The notes under the pieces are model-generated. The model searched no databases. It saw only the letters and a list, made by a program, of their open reading frames with translations, and had not been told where the DNA came from. A stretch of DNA of 54,155 nucleotides from an uncultured Enterobacter sp. (GTDB lineage Bacteria > Pseudomonadota > Gammaproteobacteria > Enterobacterales > Enterobacteriaceae), in contig CAMKZP010000001.1 in assembly GCA_946477805.1 (NCBI GenBank), forward strand, positions 1-54,155, written 5' to 3'. How positions within the stretch are numbered: the stretch's first letter is position 1; each line of letters opens with the position of its first letter. This document shows, one piece after another, positions 35,032 through 48,510 of this stretch. The translations under genes and the position numbers were made by a program.

Positions 35032-36243
35032 ATGAGCCTGGCCGGTAAAAAAATCGTTCTTGGCGTAAGCGGCGGAATTGCCGCCTATAAAGCGCCGGAG
35101 CTGGTGCGTCGTCTGCGCGAGCGCGGGGCCGACGTGCGGGTCGCGATAACCGAAGGTGGTAAAGCCTTTATCACCCCTTTGAGCCTGCAGGCCGTTTCAG
35201 GTTATCCGGTATCTGACAGCCTGCTTGACCCAGCGGCAGAAGCCGCAATGGGCCATATTGAGCTTGGGAAATGGGCGGATCTGGTCATTCTTGCGCCCGC
35301 CACGGCAGATTTGATCGCCCGCGTGGCCGCGGGCATGGCGAACGATCTGGTCTCGACCATTTGCCTGGCCACGCCCGCCCCCGTTGCCGTTGTGCCCGCC
35401 ATGAACCAGCAGATGTACCGCAACGCCGCGACCCAGCACAATCTGGAGACCCTGGCCTCTCGCGGCCTGCTGGTTTGGGGGCCGGACAGCGGCAGCCAGG
35501 CCTGCGGTGACGTGGGGCCTGGCCGTATGCTCGATCCGCTGACTATCGTCGAGATGGCCGCTGCCCATTTTTCGCCCGTCAACGATCTGCAACATCTCAA
35601 CATCATGATTACCGCAGGCCCAACGCGCGAGCCGCTGGATCCGGTGCGCTACATCACTAACCACAGCTCCGGTAAAATGGGGTTTGCCATCGCTGATGCA
35701 GCGGCAAAACGCGGGGCAAACGTCACGCTGGTGAGCGGGCCGGTTTCGCTATCAACGCCGCCGTTTGTTCAGCGTATTGACGTCACCACCGCGCTGGAGA
35801 TGGAGGCCGCCGTGCAGGCGCACGCACAAAAACAGCACATTTTTATTGGTTGCGCAGCCGTCGCCGACTACCGTGCCGAAACCATTGCTGACGCCAAAAT
35901 CAAAAAGCAAGGTGATGAATTAACGATAAAAATGGTGAAAAACCCGGATATCGTTGCCGGCGTAGCCGCGTTGAAAAATCAGCGTCCTTACGTTGTTGGG
36001 TTTGCCGCAGAAACGAATAATGTGGAAGAATATGCCCGGCAAAAACGTACCCGCAAAAACCTCGATTTGATTTGCGCGAATGACGTATCGCTATCCACGC
36101 AAGGATTTAACAGCGACAGCAATGCACTGCACCTTTTCTGGCAGGATGGAGATAAAATCTTACCGCTAGCGCGCAAGGAACTCCTGGGCCAACAATTACT
36201 GGACGAGATCGTTACCCGTTATGATGAAAAAAATCGACGTTAA
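35032..36243 (+). CDS. coaBC: Phosphopantothenoylcysteine decarboxylase/ligase
   Basis: [20 protein letters not shown] start, [19 protein letters not shown]. Confidence 0.97.
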   Translation: MSLAGKKIVLGVSGGIAAYKAPELVRRLRERGADVRVAITEGGKAFITPLSLQAVSGYPVSDSLLDPAAEAAMGHIELGKWADLVILAPATADLIARVAAGMANDLVSTICLATPAPVAVVPAMNQQMYRNAATQHNLETLASRGLLVWGPDSGSQACGDVGPGRMLDPLTIVEMAAAHFSPVNDLQHLNIMITAGPTREPLDPVRYITNHSSGKMGFAIADAAAKRGANVTLVSGPVSLSTPPFVQRIDVTTALEMEAAVQAHAQKQHIFIGCAAVADYRAETIADAKIKKQGDELTIKMVKNPDIVAGVAALKNQRPYVVGFAAETNNVEEYARQKRTRKNLDLICANDVSLSTQGFNSDSNALHLFWQDGDKILPLARKELLGQQLLDEIVTRYDEKNRR

Positions 36244-36679
36244 GATTCTGGACCCGCGTGTTGGTGAGCAATTCCCGCTGCCGACCTATGCCACCTCCGG
36301 CTCTGCCGGTCTTGACCTGCGCGCCTGTCTCGATGACGCCGTAGAACTGGCGCCGGGTGCAACCACCTTGATCCCGACCGGTCTGGCGATTCACATTGCT
36401 GACCCGTCGCTCGCGGCGGTTATCCTGCCACGTTCTGGTCTCGGCCATAAGCACGGCGTCGTGCTGGGTAACCTGGTCGGCCTGATCGACTCTGATTATC
36501 AGGGTCAGCTGATGGTCTCCGTCTGGAACCGCGGTCAGGACAGCTTCACCATTGAACCTGGCGAACGTATTGCGCAGATGGTCTTCGTGCCGGTTGTGCA
36601 GGCAGAATTTAACCTGGTGGCAGACTTCGAAGCCACCGACCGTGGCGAAGGCGGCTTCGGCCATTCCGGGCGCAAATAG
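36221..36679 (+). CDS. dut: dUTP diphosphatase
   Basis: [21 protein letters not shown] and [10 protein letters not shown] motifs. Confidence 0.99.
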   Translation: MMKKIDVKILDPRVGEQFPLPTYATSGSAGLDLRACLDDAVELAPGATTLIPTGLAIHIADPSLAAVILPRSGLGHKHGVVLGNLVGLIDSDYQGQLMVSVWNRGQDSFTIEPGERIAQMVFVPVVQAEFNLVADFEATDRGEGGFGHSGRK

Positions 36680-36798
36680 TCGCCCGACAGATACGCATCT
36701 CATAGCGCCATAATGCAATAACAAACCGCAAACGCGTGTTTGCGGTCGCTGTGTGGATGCCAGCCTGGCAGTGCTTATTTTCAGGGGTATTTTGTAAC

Positions 36799-37395
36799 AT
36801 GGCAGAAAAACAAACCGCGAAAAGGAATCGTCGCGAAGAAATACTTCAGTCTCTGGCTCTGATGCTTGAATCCAGCGATGGCAGTCAACGCATCACCACC
36901 GCAAAACTGGCCGCTTCCGTTGGCGTGTCAGAGGCGGCGCTGTACCGTCATTTCCCGAGCAAAACCCGGATGTTCGATAGCCTGATCGAGTTTATCGAAG
37001 ACACGCTGATCACGCGCATCAACCTGATTCTGAAAGACGAAAAAGATACCACTGCACGCCTGCGACTGATTGTATTGTTGATTCTGGGCTTTGGTGAGCG
37101 CAATCCGGGTCTAACCCGTATCTTGACCGGACACGCGCTGATGTTTGAACAGGACCGTCTGCAGGGCCGCATCAATCAGCTTTTTGAGCGCATTGAAGCC
37201 CAGCTGCGACAGGTGCTGCGCGAGAAGAAAATGCGTGAGGGTGAAGGATATACCATTGATGAAACGCTGCTGGCGGGCCAGATCCTGGCATTTTGTGAGG
37301 GCATGCTCTCCCGCTTTGTGCGCAGCGAATTCAAATATCGCCCAACGGATGATTTTGACGCCCGCTGGCCGTTAGTGGCCGCTCAGCTGCAGTAA
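36799..37395 (+). CDS. slmA: Nucleoid occlusion factor SlmA (TetR family)
   Basis: [16 protein letters not shown] start, [17 protein letters not shown]; 198 aa. Confidence 0.98.
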   Translation: MAEKQTAKRNRREEILQSLALMLESSDGSQRITTAKLAASVGVSEAALYRHFPSKTRMFDSLIEFIEDTLITRINLILKDEKDTTARLRLIVLLILGFGERNPGLTRILTGHALMFEQDRLQGRINQLFERIEAQLRQVLREKKMREGEGYTIDETLLAGQILAFCEGMLSRFVRSEFKYRPTDDFDARWPLVAAQLQ

Positions 37396-37400
37396 CACCC

Positions 37401-37474
37401 TTGCCGGAGGGCGGCTTCGCCTTATCCGGCCTACGAAATGCGCAGGCCCGGTAAGCGCGGTGCTTACCGGGCAA
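37401..37474. repeat. Pair of inverted REP elements (BIME-like) between convergent slmA and pyrE
   Basis: GCCGGAGGGCGGCTTCGCCTTATCCGGCCTAC followed by GCAGGCCCGGTAAGC-GCGGT-GCTTACCGGGC. Confidence 0.85.
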
Positions 37475-37479
37475 TTGAA

Positions 37480-38121
37480 TTACACGCCAAACTCTTCGCG
37501 ATAAGCGCGTACCGCTGCCAGATGGTCCGCCATCTCTGGCTTCTCTTCCAGATAGGCAATCAGGTCTTTCAGAGTGATAATGGACGTCACTTTACAGCCG
37601 TAATCACGCTCAACTTCCTGAATAGCGGAAATGTCGCCGCGTCCACGCTCCTGGCGATCAAGTGAAATCAGCACGCCGGCGAGCGTCGCGGCGTTAGCCT
37701 GAATAATTTCCATGGACTCACGAATTGCCGTGCCCGCGGTGATCACGTCGTCCACCAGCATCACGCGGCCCTGCAGCGCGCTTCCAACCAGGCTACCACC
37801 CTCACCGTGCGTTTTGGCCTCTTTACGGTTGAAGCAGTACGGCACGTCGCGATCGTGGTGTTCGGCCAGCGCTACCGCTGTCGTCGTGGCGATCGGGATG
37901 CCTTTGTAGGCAGGACCAAACAACAGGTCGAAATCAATCCCTGAATCCACCAGCGCTTCGGCATAGAACCGGCCTAACAGCGCCAGATCGCGCCCGGTAT
38001 TAAACAGCCCGGCGTTAAAGAAATAGGGGCTCTTACGCCCTGATTTCAGCGTAAACTCGCCGAACTTAAGTACCTGCTTGTTAAGCGCAAACTCAATAAA
38101 CTGGCGCTGATACGATTTCAT
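37480..38121 (-). CDS. pyrE: Orotate phosphoribosyltransferase
   Basis: [27 protein letters not shown]-binding motif. Confidence 0.99.
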   Translation of the reverse strand: MKSYQRQFIEFALNKQVLKFGEFTLKSGRKSPYFFNAGLFNTGRDLALLGRFYAEALVDSGIDFDLLFGPAYKGIPIATTTAVALAEHHDRDVPYCFNRKEAKTHGEGGSLVGSALQGRVMLVDDVITAGTAIRESMEIIQANAATLAGVLISLDRQERGRGDISAIQEVERDYGCKVTSIITLKDLIAYLEEKPEMADHLAAVRAYREEFGV

Positions 38122-38156
38122 GGATTTGCTCCTTTGGTATTTACTGTCTTACAGGC

Positions 38157-38185
38157 AAAAAAAAGGCGACTCAATGGTCGCCTTT
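38157..38185 (-). terminator. pyrE UTP-sensing attenuator
   Basis: Minus strand AAAGGCGACC-ATTGA-GTCGCC followed by T8, immediately after the rph stop. Confidence 0.85.
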
Positions 38186-38189
38186 AAAA

Positions 38190-38906
38190 TCAATTTTCTA
38201 ACGCCGCTTTCTGCGTCGTTACAATGGATTCGATTCCCCCCCGGGCAAGCGCCAGCAGGGCGAGAAGCTCTTCGTGGGTGAACGGCTCGCCTTCTGCCGT
38301 ACCCTGAACCTCAATGATACGACCGTCTTCGGTCATCACCACGTTCATGTCGGTCTCGGCTGCGGAATCCTCAACGTATTCGAGATCGCAAAGTGCTTCA
38401 CCGTTAACGATACCCACGGACACTGCAGCAACCATCCCTTTCATTGGATTGTTTTTCAGCTTGCCGGCAGCAACCAGCTTGTTCAGGGCATCGGCCAGCG
38501 CCACACATGCACCGGTAATGGACGCCGTACGCGTACCGCCATCAGCCTGAATCACGTCGCAGTCGAGGGTAATGGTGAATTCGCCAAGGACTTTCAGGTC
38601 AACGGCTGCACGCAGTGCACGCGCGATCAGACGTTGAATTTCCATGGTGCGGCCGCCCTGCTTGCCCTTCGCCGCTTCACGGGCATTACGGGTATGTGTC
38701 GCGCGCGGCAGCATGCCGTATTCAGCGGTGATCCACCCCTGGCCCTGGCCTTTCAGAAAGCGCGGAACGCCTTCTTCAATAGAGGCGGTGCACAGAACCT
38801 TAGTGTCACCAAACTCAACCAGCACGGAGCCTTCAGCGTGTTTTGTATAGTTACGGGTCAGGGTGACGGGACGCACCTGGTTGGCGCTACGACCTGATGG
38901 ACGCAT
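38190..38906 (-). CDS. rph: RNase PH (intact, 238 aa)
   Basis: MRPSGRS start, [23 protein letters not shown]. Confidence 0.98.
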   Translation of the reverse strand: MRPSGRSANQVRPVTLTRNYTKHAEGSVLVEFGDTKVLCTASIEEGVPRFLKGQGQGWITAEYGMLPRATHTRNAREAAKGKQGGRTMEIQRLIARALRAAVDLKVLGEFTITLDCDVIQADGGTRTASITGACVALADALNKLVAAGKLKNNPMKGMVAAVSVGIVNGEALCDLEYVEDSAAETDMNVVMTEDGRIIEVQGTAEGEPFTHEELLALLALARGGIESIVTTQKAALEN

Positions 38907-39030
38907 GATGGATTCTCCGGCTTGAAACGAATGTGGCTGCGCATTATACGGATTAAACGTGCTTATTCCTATCCTGACAAAGCCCTGAAAGCTATAATCC
39001 CCCATCTCTCCTTTAAAAACGGGAATGTCT

Positions 39031-39894
39031 ATGATCCGCAGTATGACCGCCTACGCCCGGCGTGAAATCAAGGGTAGCTGGGGTAGCGCTACCTGGGAAT
39101 TGCGCTCGGTAAACCAGCGCTATCTGGAAACGTATTTCCGTATGCCTGAGCAGTTCCGCAGCCTGGAGCCAGTGGTGCGTGAGCGTATTCGTGCTCGCCT
39201 GACGCGCGGAAAAGTGGAATGTAACCTGCGTTTTGAGCCGGATGCCAGTGCGCAAGGGGAGCTGATCCTCAACGAAAAACTGGCGAAACAGCTGGTGAAT
39301 GCGGCGAACTGGGTCAAAATGCAGAGCGATGAAGGCGAAATTAATCCGGTTGATATTCTGCGCTGGCCCGGCGTCATGGCTGCCGGCGAGCAGGATTTGG
39401 ATGCCATTGCCAATGAGATCCTTGCCGCCCTTGACGGTACGCTGGACGACTTTATCGTTGCCCGTGAAACCGAAGGCCAGGCACTGAAAGCCCTGATTGA
39501 GCAGCGCCTCGAAGGCGTGAGCACCGAAGTGGCTAACGTTCGCGCCCATATGCCTGAAGTGCTGCAATGGCAGCGCGAGCGCCTGGTATCCAAACTGGAA
39601 GAAGCGGAAGTCCAGCTGGAAAACACGCGCCTTGAGCAAGAGCTGGTACTGATGGCGCAGCGCATTGACGTAGCAGAAGAGCTGGATCGCCTGGAAGCGC
39701 ACGTTAAAGAGACCTACAACATTCTCAAGAAGAAAGAAGCCGTGGGCCGCCGCCTCGACTTTATGATGCAGGAGTTCAACCGTGAGTCGAACACCCTGGC
39801 GTCGAAGTCCATCAATTCCGAGGTCACCAACTCGGCGATTGAACTCAAGGTGCTGATTGAGCAGATGCGCGAGCAGATCCAGAATATTGAGTAA
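39031..39894 (+). CDS. yicC: YicC/YloC family endoribonuclease
   Basis: [10 protein letters not shown] start, [35 protein letters not shown] end. Confidence 0.96.
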   Translation: MIRSMTAYARREIKGSWGSATWELRSVNQRYLETYFRMPEQFRSLEPVVRERIRARLTRGKVECNLRFEPDASAQGELILNEKLAKQLVNAANWVKMQSDEGEINPVDILRWPGVMAAGEQDLDAIANEILAALDGTLDDFIVARETEGQALKALIEQRLEGVSTEVANVRAHMPEVLQWQRERLVSKLEEAEVQLENTRLEQELVLMAQRIDVAEELDRLEAHVKETYNILKKKEAVGRRLDFMMQEFNRESNTLASKSINSEVTNSAIELKVLIEQMREQIQNIE

Positions 39895-39903
39895 TGCCCG
39901 CTT

Positions 39904-39939
39904 TGGGTGGTGCCTGACAGCATCACCCATTATTATTTC
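39904..39939 (+). terminator. Putative terminator after yicC
   Basis: TGGGTGGTGC-CTGACA-GCATCACCCA followed by TTATTATTT. Confidence 0.55.
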
Positions 39940-40101
39940 TAATCCTTTTCGTTAAGCCATTTCTTTCCTTACCGCCGCACATCAGCCTTTCCCAGGACAT
40001 CTTGATAAAATTTGATAAGGCAAAACAACTCACCTTAGAAAATCTCAATCGTGATCCTGAGCACAAACCGCTAACCTTCGCGCCATCTTTTCGGAGGTTT
40101 T

Positions 40102-40719
40102 ATGCTGCTTCATATTCTCTATCTCATTGGCATCACAGCTGAAGCCATGACTGGCGCGCTCGCAGCCGGACGTCGCCGTATGGACACCTTCGGCGTGATT
40201 ATTATTGCCACCGCAACCGCGCTGGGCGGCGGTTCTGTGCGCGATATTCTGCTGGGCCACTACCCGCTCGGCTGGGTTAAAAACCCTGAATACATCATTA
40301 TTGTGGCTACTGCCGCCGTGCTGACCACCATTGTGGCTCCCGTTATGCCTCACCTGCGCCGTCTGTTCCTCGTGCTGGATGCACTTGGGCTTATTGTGTT
40401 TTCAATCATCGGTGCACAGATTGCTCTCGATATGGGTGAAGGTCCGGTTATCGCGACCATTGCCGCGGTGATAACCGGGGTGTTTGGCGGCGTGCTGCGC
40501 GATATGTTCTGCAAACGCATTCCGCTGGTCTTTCAGAAAGAGCTGTATGCAGGTATCTCCTTCGCCGCAGCGGTGCTCTACGTCGCCCTTCAGCATTATG
40601 TATCCAACAATGATGTGGTGATTATCGCCACGCTGCTGTTTGGCTTTACCGCGCGTATGCTGGCGCTGCGCTTGAAGCTTGGATTACCTGTGTTCCACTA
40701 TAAGCACAACGCACACTAG
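40102..40719 (+). CDS. yicG: TRIC/UPF0126 family inner-membrane protein
   Basis: Duplicated GGGSVRD / FGGVLRD motifs and about 7 hydrophobic segments. Confidence 0.92.
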   Translation: MLLHILYLIGITAEAMTGALAAGRRRMDTFGVIIIATATALGGGSVRDILLGHYPLGWVKNPEYIIIVATAAVLTTIVAPVMPHLRRLFLVLDALGLIVFSIIGAQIALDMGEGPVIATIAAVITGVFGGVLRDMFCKRIPLVFQKELYAGISFAAAVLYVALQHYVSNNDVVIIATLLFGFTARMLALRLKLGLPVFHYKHNAH

Positions 40720-42456
<1,737 letters not shown>

Positions 42457-42623
42457 TCACTCTGCGAGGCGCTATCCAGCCTTTATTTTTGTTGCTGAAA
42501 ACCACAGATAAAACCTGAAAACGGCACGCAAAATTCAATAATCCAGGTTAAAAAGTGTGACAAAGACTACGTCGCGGTGCGGCGACGTGTATAATAAGCC
42601 CGTATGTAGGACTTCTTCGCTAA

Positions 42624-43265
<642 letters not shown>

Positions 43266-43319
43266 ACCCACTTTCAGTATCATGCCCAGTCATTTCTTCA
43301 CCTGTGGAGCATTTTAAGT

Positions 43320-43595
43320 ATGGCACGCGTAACTGTTCAGGACGCTGTAGAGAAAATTGGTAACCGTTTTGACCTGGTGCTGGTCGCCGCGCGTCGCGCT
43401 CGTCAGATGCAGGTAGGCGGTAAAGATCCGCTGGTACCGGAAGAAAACGATAAAACCACCGTTATTGCACTTCGCGAAATCGAAGAAGGTCTGATCAACA
43501 ACCAGATCCTCGACGTGCGTGAGCGCCAGGAGCAGCAAGAGCAGGAAGCCGCAGAACTGCAGGCCGTAACCGCCATTGCTGAAGGTCGTCGTTAA
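43320..43595 (+). CDS. rpoZ: RNA polymerase omega subunit
   Basis: [28 protein letters not shown]. Confidence 0.99.
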
Positions 43596-43613
43596 TCACA
43601 CAGCGGGTCGCCC

Positions 43614-45728
43614 TTGTATCTGTTTGAAAGCCTGAATCAACTGATTCAAACCTACCTGCCTGAAGAGCAGATTAAGCGTCTTCAGCAGGCGTATCTCGTT
43701 GCACGTGACGCTCACGAGGGCCAGACACGTTCAAGCGGTGAACCCTATATCACGCACCCGGTAGCGGTAGCCTGTATTCTGGCCGAGATGAAACTCGACT
43801 ACGAAACGCTCATGGCCGCCCTGCTGCATGACGTGATTGAAGATACCCCCGCCACCTACCAGGATATGGAACAGCTGTTTGGCAAAAGCGTTGCCGAGCT
43901 GGTGGAAGGGGTGTCTAAGCTTGATAAGCTGAATTTCCGCGACAAGAAAGAGGCGCAAGCCGAAAACTTCCGCAAGATGATAATGGCGATGGTGCAGGAT
44001 ATCCGCGTCATTCTCATCAAACTCGCTGACCGTACCCACAATATGCGCACGCTGGGCTCACTTCGCCCGGATAAACGTCGCCGCATTGCCCGTGAAACCC
44101 TCGAAATCTATAGCCCGCTGGCGCACCGTTTAGGTATTCATCACATTAAAACCGAGCTGGAAGAGCTGGGTTTTGAAGCGCTGTACCCGAACCGCTATCG
44201 CGTGATTAAAGAGGTGGTGAAAGCCGCACGCGGTAACCGTAAAGAGATGATTCAAAAAATCCTCTCGGAAATTGAAGGGCGTTTACAGGAAGCGGGAATC
44301 CCGTGCCGCGTCAGCGGTCGCGAAAAACATTTGTACTCTATCTACTGCAAAATGGTGCTGAAAGAGCAGCGTTTTCACTCGATCATGGATATCTACGCGT
44401 TCCGCGTGATCGTCCAGGACTCAGACACCTGCTACCGTGTGCTGGGGCAGATGCACAGCCTGTACAAACCGCGCCCGGGTCGCGTGAAAGATTACATCGC
44501 CATTCCAAAGGCGAACGGCTATCAATCTTTACACACCTCCATGATTGGTCCGCACGGTGTGCCTGTTGAAGTGCAGATCCGCACCGAAGACATGGACCAG
44601 ATGGCGGAAATGGGTGTCGCTGCACACTGGGCTTATAAAGAGCACGGTGGCGAAAGCAGCACGACTGCGCAAATCCGCGCCCAGCGCTGGATGCAAAGCC
44701 TGCTGGAGCTGCAGCAGAGCGCGGGTAGCTCGTTTGAATTTATCGAGAGCGTTAAATCCGATCTCTTCCCGGATGAGATTTACGTTTTCACACCAGAAGG
44801 GCGCATTGTCGAACTGCCTGCTGGTGCTACACCGGTCGACTTCGCTTACGCCGTGCATACCGATATCGGTCACGCCTGCGTGGGCGCGCGCGTCGACAGA
44901 CAGCCTTATCCGCTGTCTCAGCCGCTCGCCAGCGGCCAGACGGTGGAAATTATTACCGCGCCGGGTGCACGCCCGAACGCGGCCTGGCTGAACTTTGTCG
45001 TAAGCTCCAAAGCGCGCGCCAAAATTCGTCAGCTGCTGAAAAACCTCAAGCGCGACGACTCCGTCAGCCTTGGCCGTCGTCTGCTCAACCACGCGCTGGG
45101 CGGCAGCCGCAAGCTGGCTGAAATCCCGCAAGAGAATATCCAGCATGAACTGGAGCGCATGAAGCTCGCTTCGCTGGATGACCTGCTGGCAGAAATTGGC
45201 CTCGGTAACGCGATGAGCGTCGTGGTGGCGAAAAACCTGCAGCAGGCTGATACCACCTCCGTGCCTGCCGCGGCACAAAGCCATGGCCATCTGCCGATCA
45301 AAGGCGCAGACGGGGTGCTCATCACCTTCGCAAAATGCTGCCGACCGATCCCTGGTGACCCCATTATTGCGCACGTCAGTCCCGGTAAAGGGCTGGTTAT
45401 CCATCACGAGTCTTGCCGAAACATCCGTGGCTACCAGAAAGAGCCCGAGAAGTTTATGGCAGTCGAGTGGGACAAAGAGACGGCGCAGGAATTCATCACC
45501 GAAATTAAGGTGGATATGTTCAACCACCAGGGTGCCCTGGCAAACCTGACGGCAGCGATCAACACGGCCTCCTCCAATATTCAGAGCCTGAATACGGAAG
45601 AGAAAGATGGCCGCGTTTACAGCGCCTTTATCCGTCTGACCGCCCGTGATCGTGTGCATCTGGCGAATATTATGCGCAAAATCCGCGTGATGCCGGACGT
45701 GATTAAAGTCACCCGAAACCGTAATTAG
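43614..45728 (+). CDS. spoT: Bifunctional (p)ppGpp synthetase/hydrolase
   Basis: HD motif (LLHDVIED), GREKH, NGYQSLH, TGS and ACT regions; TTG start. Confidence 0.99.
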   Translation: MYLFESLNQLIQTYLPEEQIKRLQQAYLVARDAHEGQTRSSGEPYITHPVAVACILAEMKLDYETLMAALLHDVIEDTPATYQDMEQLFGKSVAELVEGVSKLDKLNFRDKKEAQAENFRKMIMAMVQDIRVILIKLADRTHNMRTLGSLRPDKRRRIARETLEIYSPLAHRLGIHHIKTELEELGFEALYPNRYRVIKEVVKAARGNRKEMIQKILSEIEGRLQEAGIPCRVSGREKHLYSIYCKMVLKEQRFHSIMDIYAFRVIVQDSDTCYRVLGQMHSLYKPRPGRVKDYIAIPKANGYQSLHTSMIGPHGVPVEVQIRTEDMDQMAEMGVAAHWAYKEHGGESSTTAQIRAQRWMQSLLELQQSAGSSFEFIESVKSDLFPDEIYVFTPEGRIVELPAGATPVDFAYAVHTDIGHACVGARVDRQPYPLSQPLASGQTVEIITAPGARPNAAWLNFVVSSKARAKIRQLLKNLKRDDSVSLGRRLLNHALGGSRKLAEIPQENIQHELERMKLASLDDLLAEIGLGNAMSVVVAKNLQQADTTSVPAAAQSHGHLPIKGADGVLITFAKCCRPIPGDPIIAHVSPGKGLVIHHESCRNIRGYQKEPEKFMAVEWDKETAQEFITEIKVDMFNHQGALANLTAAINTASSNIQSLNTEEKDGRVYSAFIRLTARDRVHLANIMRKIRVMPDVIKVTRNRN

Positions 45729-45732
45729 CGTT

Positions 45733-46422
45733 ATGAATTCACAACGTTATGCTCGTATCTGCGAAATGCTCGCCAGGCGTCAGCCAGACCTGACGGTCTG
45801 CATGGAGCAGGTCCATAAGCCTCATAACGTCGCTGCTATTGTCCGTACCGCTGACGCCGTAGGCGTGCATGAAGTGCACGCCGTCTGGCCAGGCAACCGC
45901 ATGCGCAACATGGTATCCGCTGCGGCAGGCAGTAACAGCTGGGTCTCCGTCAAAAACCATCAGACTATAGGCGAAGCCGTATCGCACCTGAAAGGGCGCG
46001 GTATGCAGGTTCTCGCGACCAATCTCTCCGACAAGGCCGTGGACTTCCGCGAGATCGACTACACCCGCCCAACCTGCATTCTGATGGGTCAGGAGAAAAC
46101 GGGGATCACGCAGGAAGCGCTGGATCTGGCGGATCGGGACATTATCATCCCGATGATCGGTATGGTGCAGTCTTTGAACGTCTCCGTTGCCTCCGCGCTC
46201 ATTCTCTACGAAGCGCAGCGCCAGCGTCAGAATGCCGGTATGTACAAACGCGTCAACAGCACGCTGCCGGAAGATGAGCAGCAGCGGCTGCTGTTTGAAG
46301 GGGGTTATCCGGTGCTGGCGCGCGTCGCGAAGCAGAAAAAATTGCCTTACCCCCACGTCAACGCGCAGGGCGAAATTGAAGCCGATGCCGCGTGGTGGTC
46401 CACCATGCAGTACGCAGGATAA
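45733..46422 (+). CDS. trmH: tRNA (Gm18) 2'-O-methyltransferase
   Basis: HKPHN..AIVRTADAVG, MGQEKTG and IPMIGMVQSLNVSVA SPOUT motifs. Confidence 0.97.
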   Translation: MNSQRYARICEMLARRQPDLTVCMEQVHKPHNVAAIVRTADAVGVHEVHAVWPGNRMRNMVSAAAGSNSWVSVKNHQTIGEAVSHLKGRGMQVLATNLSDKAVDFREIDYTRPTCILMGQEKTGITQEALDLADRDIIIPMIGMVQSLNVSVASALILYEAQRQRQNAGMYKRVNSTLPEDEQQRLLFEGGYPVLARVAKQKKLPYPHVNAQGEIEADAAWWSTMQYAG

Positions 46423-46425
46423 CCC

Positions 46426-48507
46426 ATGAAAGGCCGCCTGCTGGACGCCATACCGCTCAATACGCTGACCGGCGTAGGCGCGGCGCAAAGCAGTAAATTG
46501 GCAAAAATCGGCCTGCACACCGTGCAGGATCTGCTGCTGCACCTCCCCCTGCGTTACGAAGACCGTACCCAACTCTATAAAATTGGCGATCTCCTCCCCG
46601 CCATTTACGCCACCGTCGAGGGCGAAGTCCTGAACTGCAACATCACCTTTGGCGGCCGCCGAATGATGACCTGCCAGATAAGCGACGGCACCGGCATTCT
46701 CACCCTGCGCTTTTTCAACTTCAGCGCAGCGATGAAAAATAGCCTGGCGACGGGCCGACGCGTGCTGGCCTACGGGGAAGCGAAACGCGGGAAATACGGT
46801 GCGGAGATGATCCACCCGGAGTATCGCCTACAGGGAGACCTGAGTACGCCGGACCTGCAGGAGACGCTCACGCCGGTTTATCCGACAACGGAAGGCATCA
46901 AGCAGGCGACGCTGCGTAAGCTCACCGATCAGGCGCTTGAGCTACTCGACACCTGCGCCATTACCGAACTGCTGCCGCCCGAGCTGGCGCAGGGGATGAT
47001 GAGCCTGCCGGAAGCGATGCGCACCCTGCACCGCCCACCGCCCTCGCTGCAGCTCAGCGATTTAGAAACCGGTAAACATCCCGCCCAACGGCGTCTTATC
47101 CTTGAGGAATTACTGGCGCATAACCTGAGCATGCTGGCGCTTCGCGCAGGCGCGCAGCGCTTCCATGCCCAGCCGTTAAGCCAGCGCGATGAACTCAAAG
47201 ATAAGCTGCTGGCCTCGCTGCCGTTTAAGCCCACCAACGCTCAGGCGCGCGTTACCGCTGAGATAGAACGCGATATGGCGCTGGATGTGCCGATGATGCG
47301 TCTGGTGCAGGGCGACGTGGGTTCCGGTAAAACGCTGGTTGCCGCGCTTGCCGCGTTGCGCGCCATTGCCCACGGCAAGCAGGTGGCGCTGATGGCACCG
47401 ACCGAGCTGCTGGCCGAACAGCACGCCAACAACTTCCGCAGCTGGTTTGCACCGCTGGGCGTTGAAGTCGGCTGGCTCGCCGGGAAGCAAAAGGGCAAAG
47501 CGCGCCTTGCGCAACAGGACGCTATCGCCAGCGGTCAGGTGCAGATGATTGTGGGCACGCACGCCATCTTCCAGGAGCAGGTGCAGTTTAACGGCCTTGC
47601 GTTGGTTATCATCGATGAACAGCACCGATTTGGCGTGCACCAGCGCCTGGCACTGTGGGAAAAAGGGCTTCAGCAGGGCTTCCACCCGCACCAGCTGATC
47701 ATGACCGCCACCCCCATTCCTCGCACCCTGGCGATGACCGCCTACGCGGACCTCGACACTTCCACCATCGATGAGCTGCCGCCCGGCCGCACACCGGTGA
47801 CCACCGTCGCCATTCCGGACACGCGCCGCAGCGAAATTATCGAGCGCGTGCGCAACGCCTGTACTCATGAAGGACGTCAGGCGTACTGGGTCTGCACGTT
47901 GATTGAGGAGTCGGAGCTGCTTGAAGCGCAGGCCGCCGAAGCAACCTGGGAAGAGCTGAAGCTGGCGCTGCCCGAACTGAACGTCGGCCTGGTGCATGGG
48001 CGAATGAAGCCTGCTGAAAAACAGGCGGTAATGCAGTCGTTCAAGCAGGGTGATTTACACCTGCTGATTGCCACCACGGTCATTGAAGTGGGCGTGGACG
48101 TGCCGAATTCCAGCCTGATGATTATCGAAAACCCGGAGCGCCTGGGTCTTGCGCAGCTCCACCAGCTGCGTGGTCGCGTCGGCCGCGGCGCGGTGGCCTC
48201 TCACTGCGTGCTGCTCTACAAAGCCCCGCTCTCGAAAACGGCGCAAATGCGTCTGCAGGTGCTGCGCGACAGCAACGACGGTTTCGTGATTGCGCAAAAA
48301 GACCTTGAGATCCGCGGCCCCGGCGAACTGCTCGGCACGCGCCAGACGGGGAATGCCGAATTCAAGGTGGCCGATTTGCTGCGCGATCAGGCCATGATCC
48401 CCGAGGTTCAGCGCCTTGCGCGCCATATTCATGAACGCTATCCCGAACAGGCGGCAGCGTTGATTGAGCGCTGGATGCCGGAAACCGGGCGCTATTCTAA
48501 CGCGTAA
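46426..48507 (+). CDS. recG: ATP-dependent DNA helicase RecG
   Basis: QGDVGSGKT, DEQHRFG, TATPIPRT, QLRGRVGR. Confidence 0.99.
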   Translation: MKGRLLDAIPLNTLTGVGAAQSSKLAKIGLHTVQDLLLHLPLRYEDRTQLYKIGDLLPAIYATVEGEVLNCNITFGGRRMMTCQISDGTGILTLRFFNFSAAMKNSLATGRRVLAYGEAKRGKYGAEMIHPEYRLQGDLSTPDLQETLTPVYPTTEGIKQATLRKLTDQALELLDTCAITELLPPELAQGMMSLPEAMRTLHRPPPSLQLSDLETGKHPAQRRLILEELLAHNLSMLALRAGAQRFHAQPLSQRDELKDKLLASLPFKPTNAQARVTAEIERDMALDVPMMRLVQGDVGSGKTLVAALAALRAIAHGKQVALMAPTELLAEQHANNFRSWFAPLGVEVGWLAGKQKGKARLAQQDAIASGQVQMIVGTHAIFQEQVQFNGLALVIIDEQHRFGVHQRLALWEKGLQQGFHPHQLIMTATPIPRTLAMTAYADLDTSTIDELPPGRTPVTTVAIPDTRRSEIIERVRNACTHEGRQAYWVCTLIEESELLEAQAAEATWEELKLALPELNVGLVHGRMKPAEKQAVMQSFKQGDLHLLIATTVIEVGVDVPNSSLMIIENPERLGLAQLHQLRGRVGRGAVASHCVLLYKAPLSKTAQMRLQVLRDSNDGFVIAQKDLEIRGPGELLGTRQTGNAEFKVADLLRDQAMIPEVQRLARHIHERYPEQAAALIERWMPETGRYSNA

Positions 48508-48510
48508 CGA

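Noticed and set aside
36725-36746. Hairpin ACCGCAAAC-GCGT-GTTTGCGGT between dut and slmA as a novel sRNA or PurR site
   Set aside because: Spacing does not fit a PurR box, there is no promoter/terminator pair for an sRNA, and it is most simply an intra-operon stem-loop
38190-38906. Possible rph frameshift as in E. coli K-12
   Set aside because: The ORF is intact at 238 aa and ends right before the pyrE attenuator
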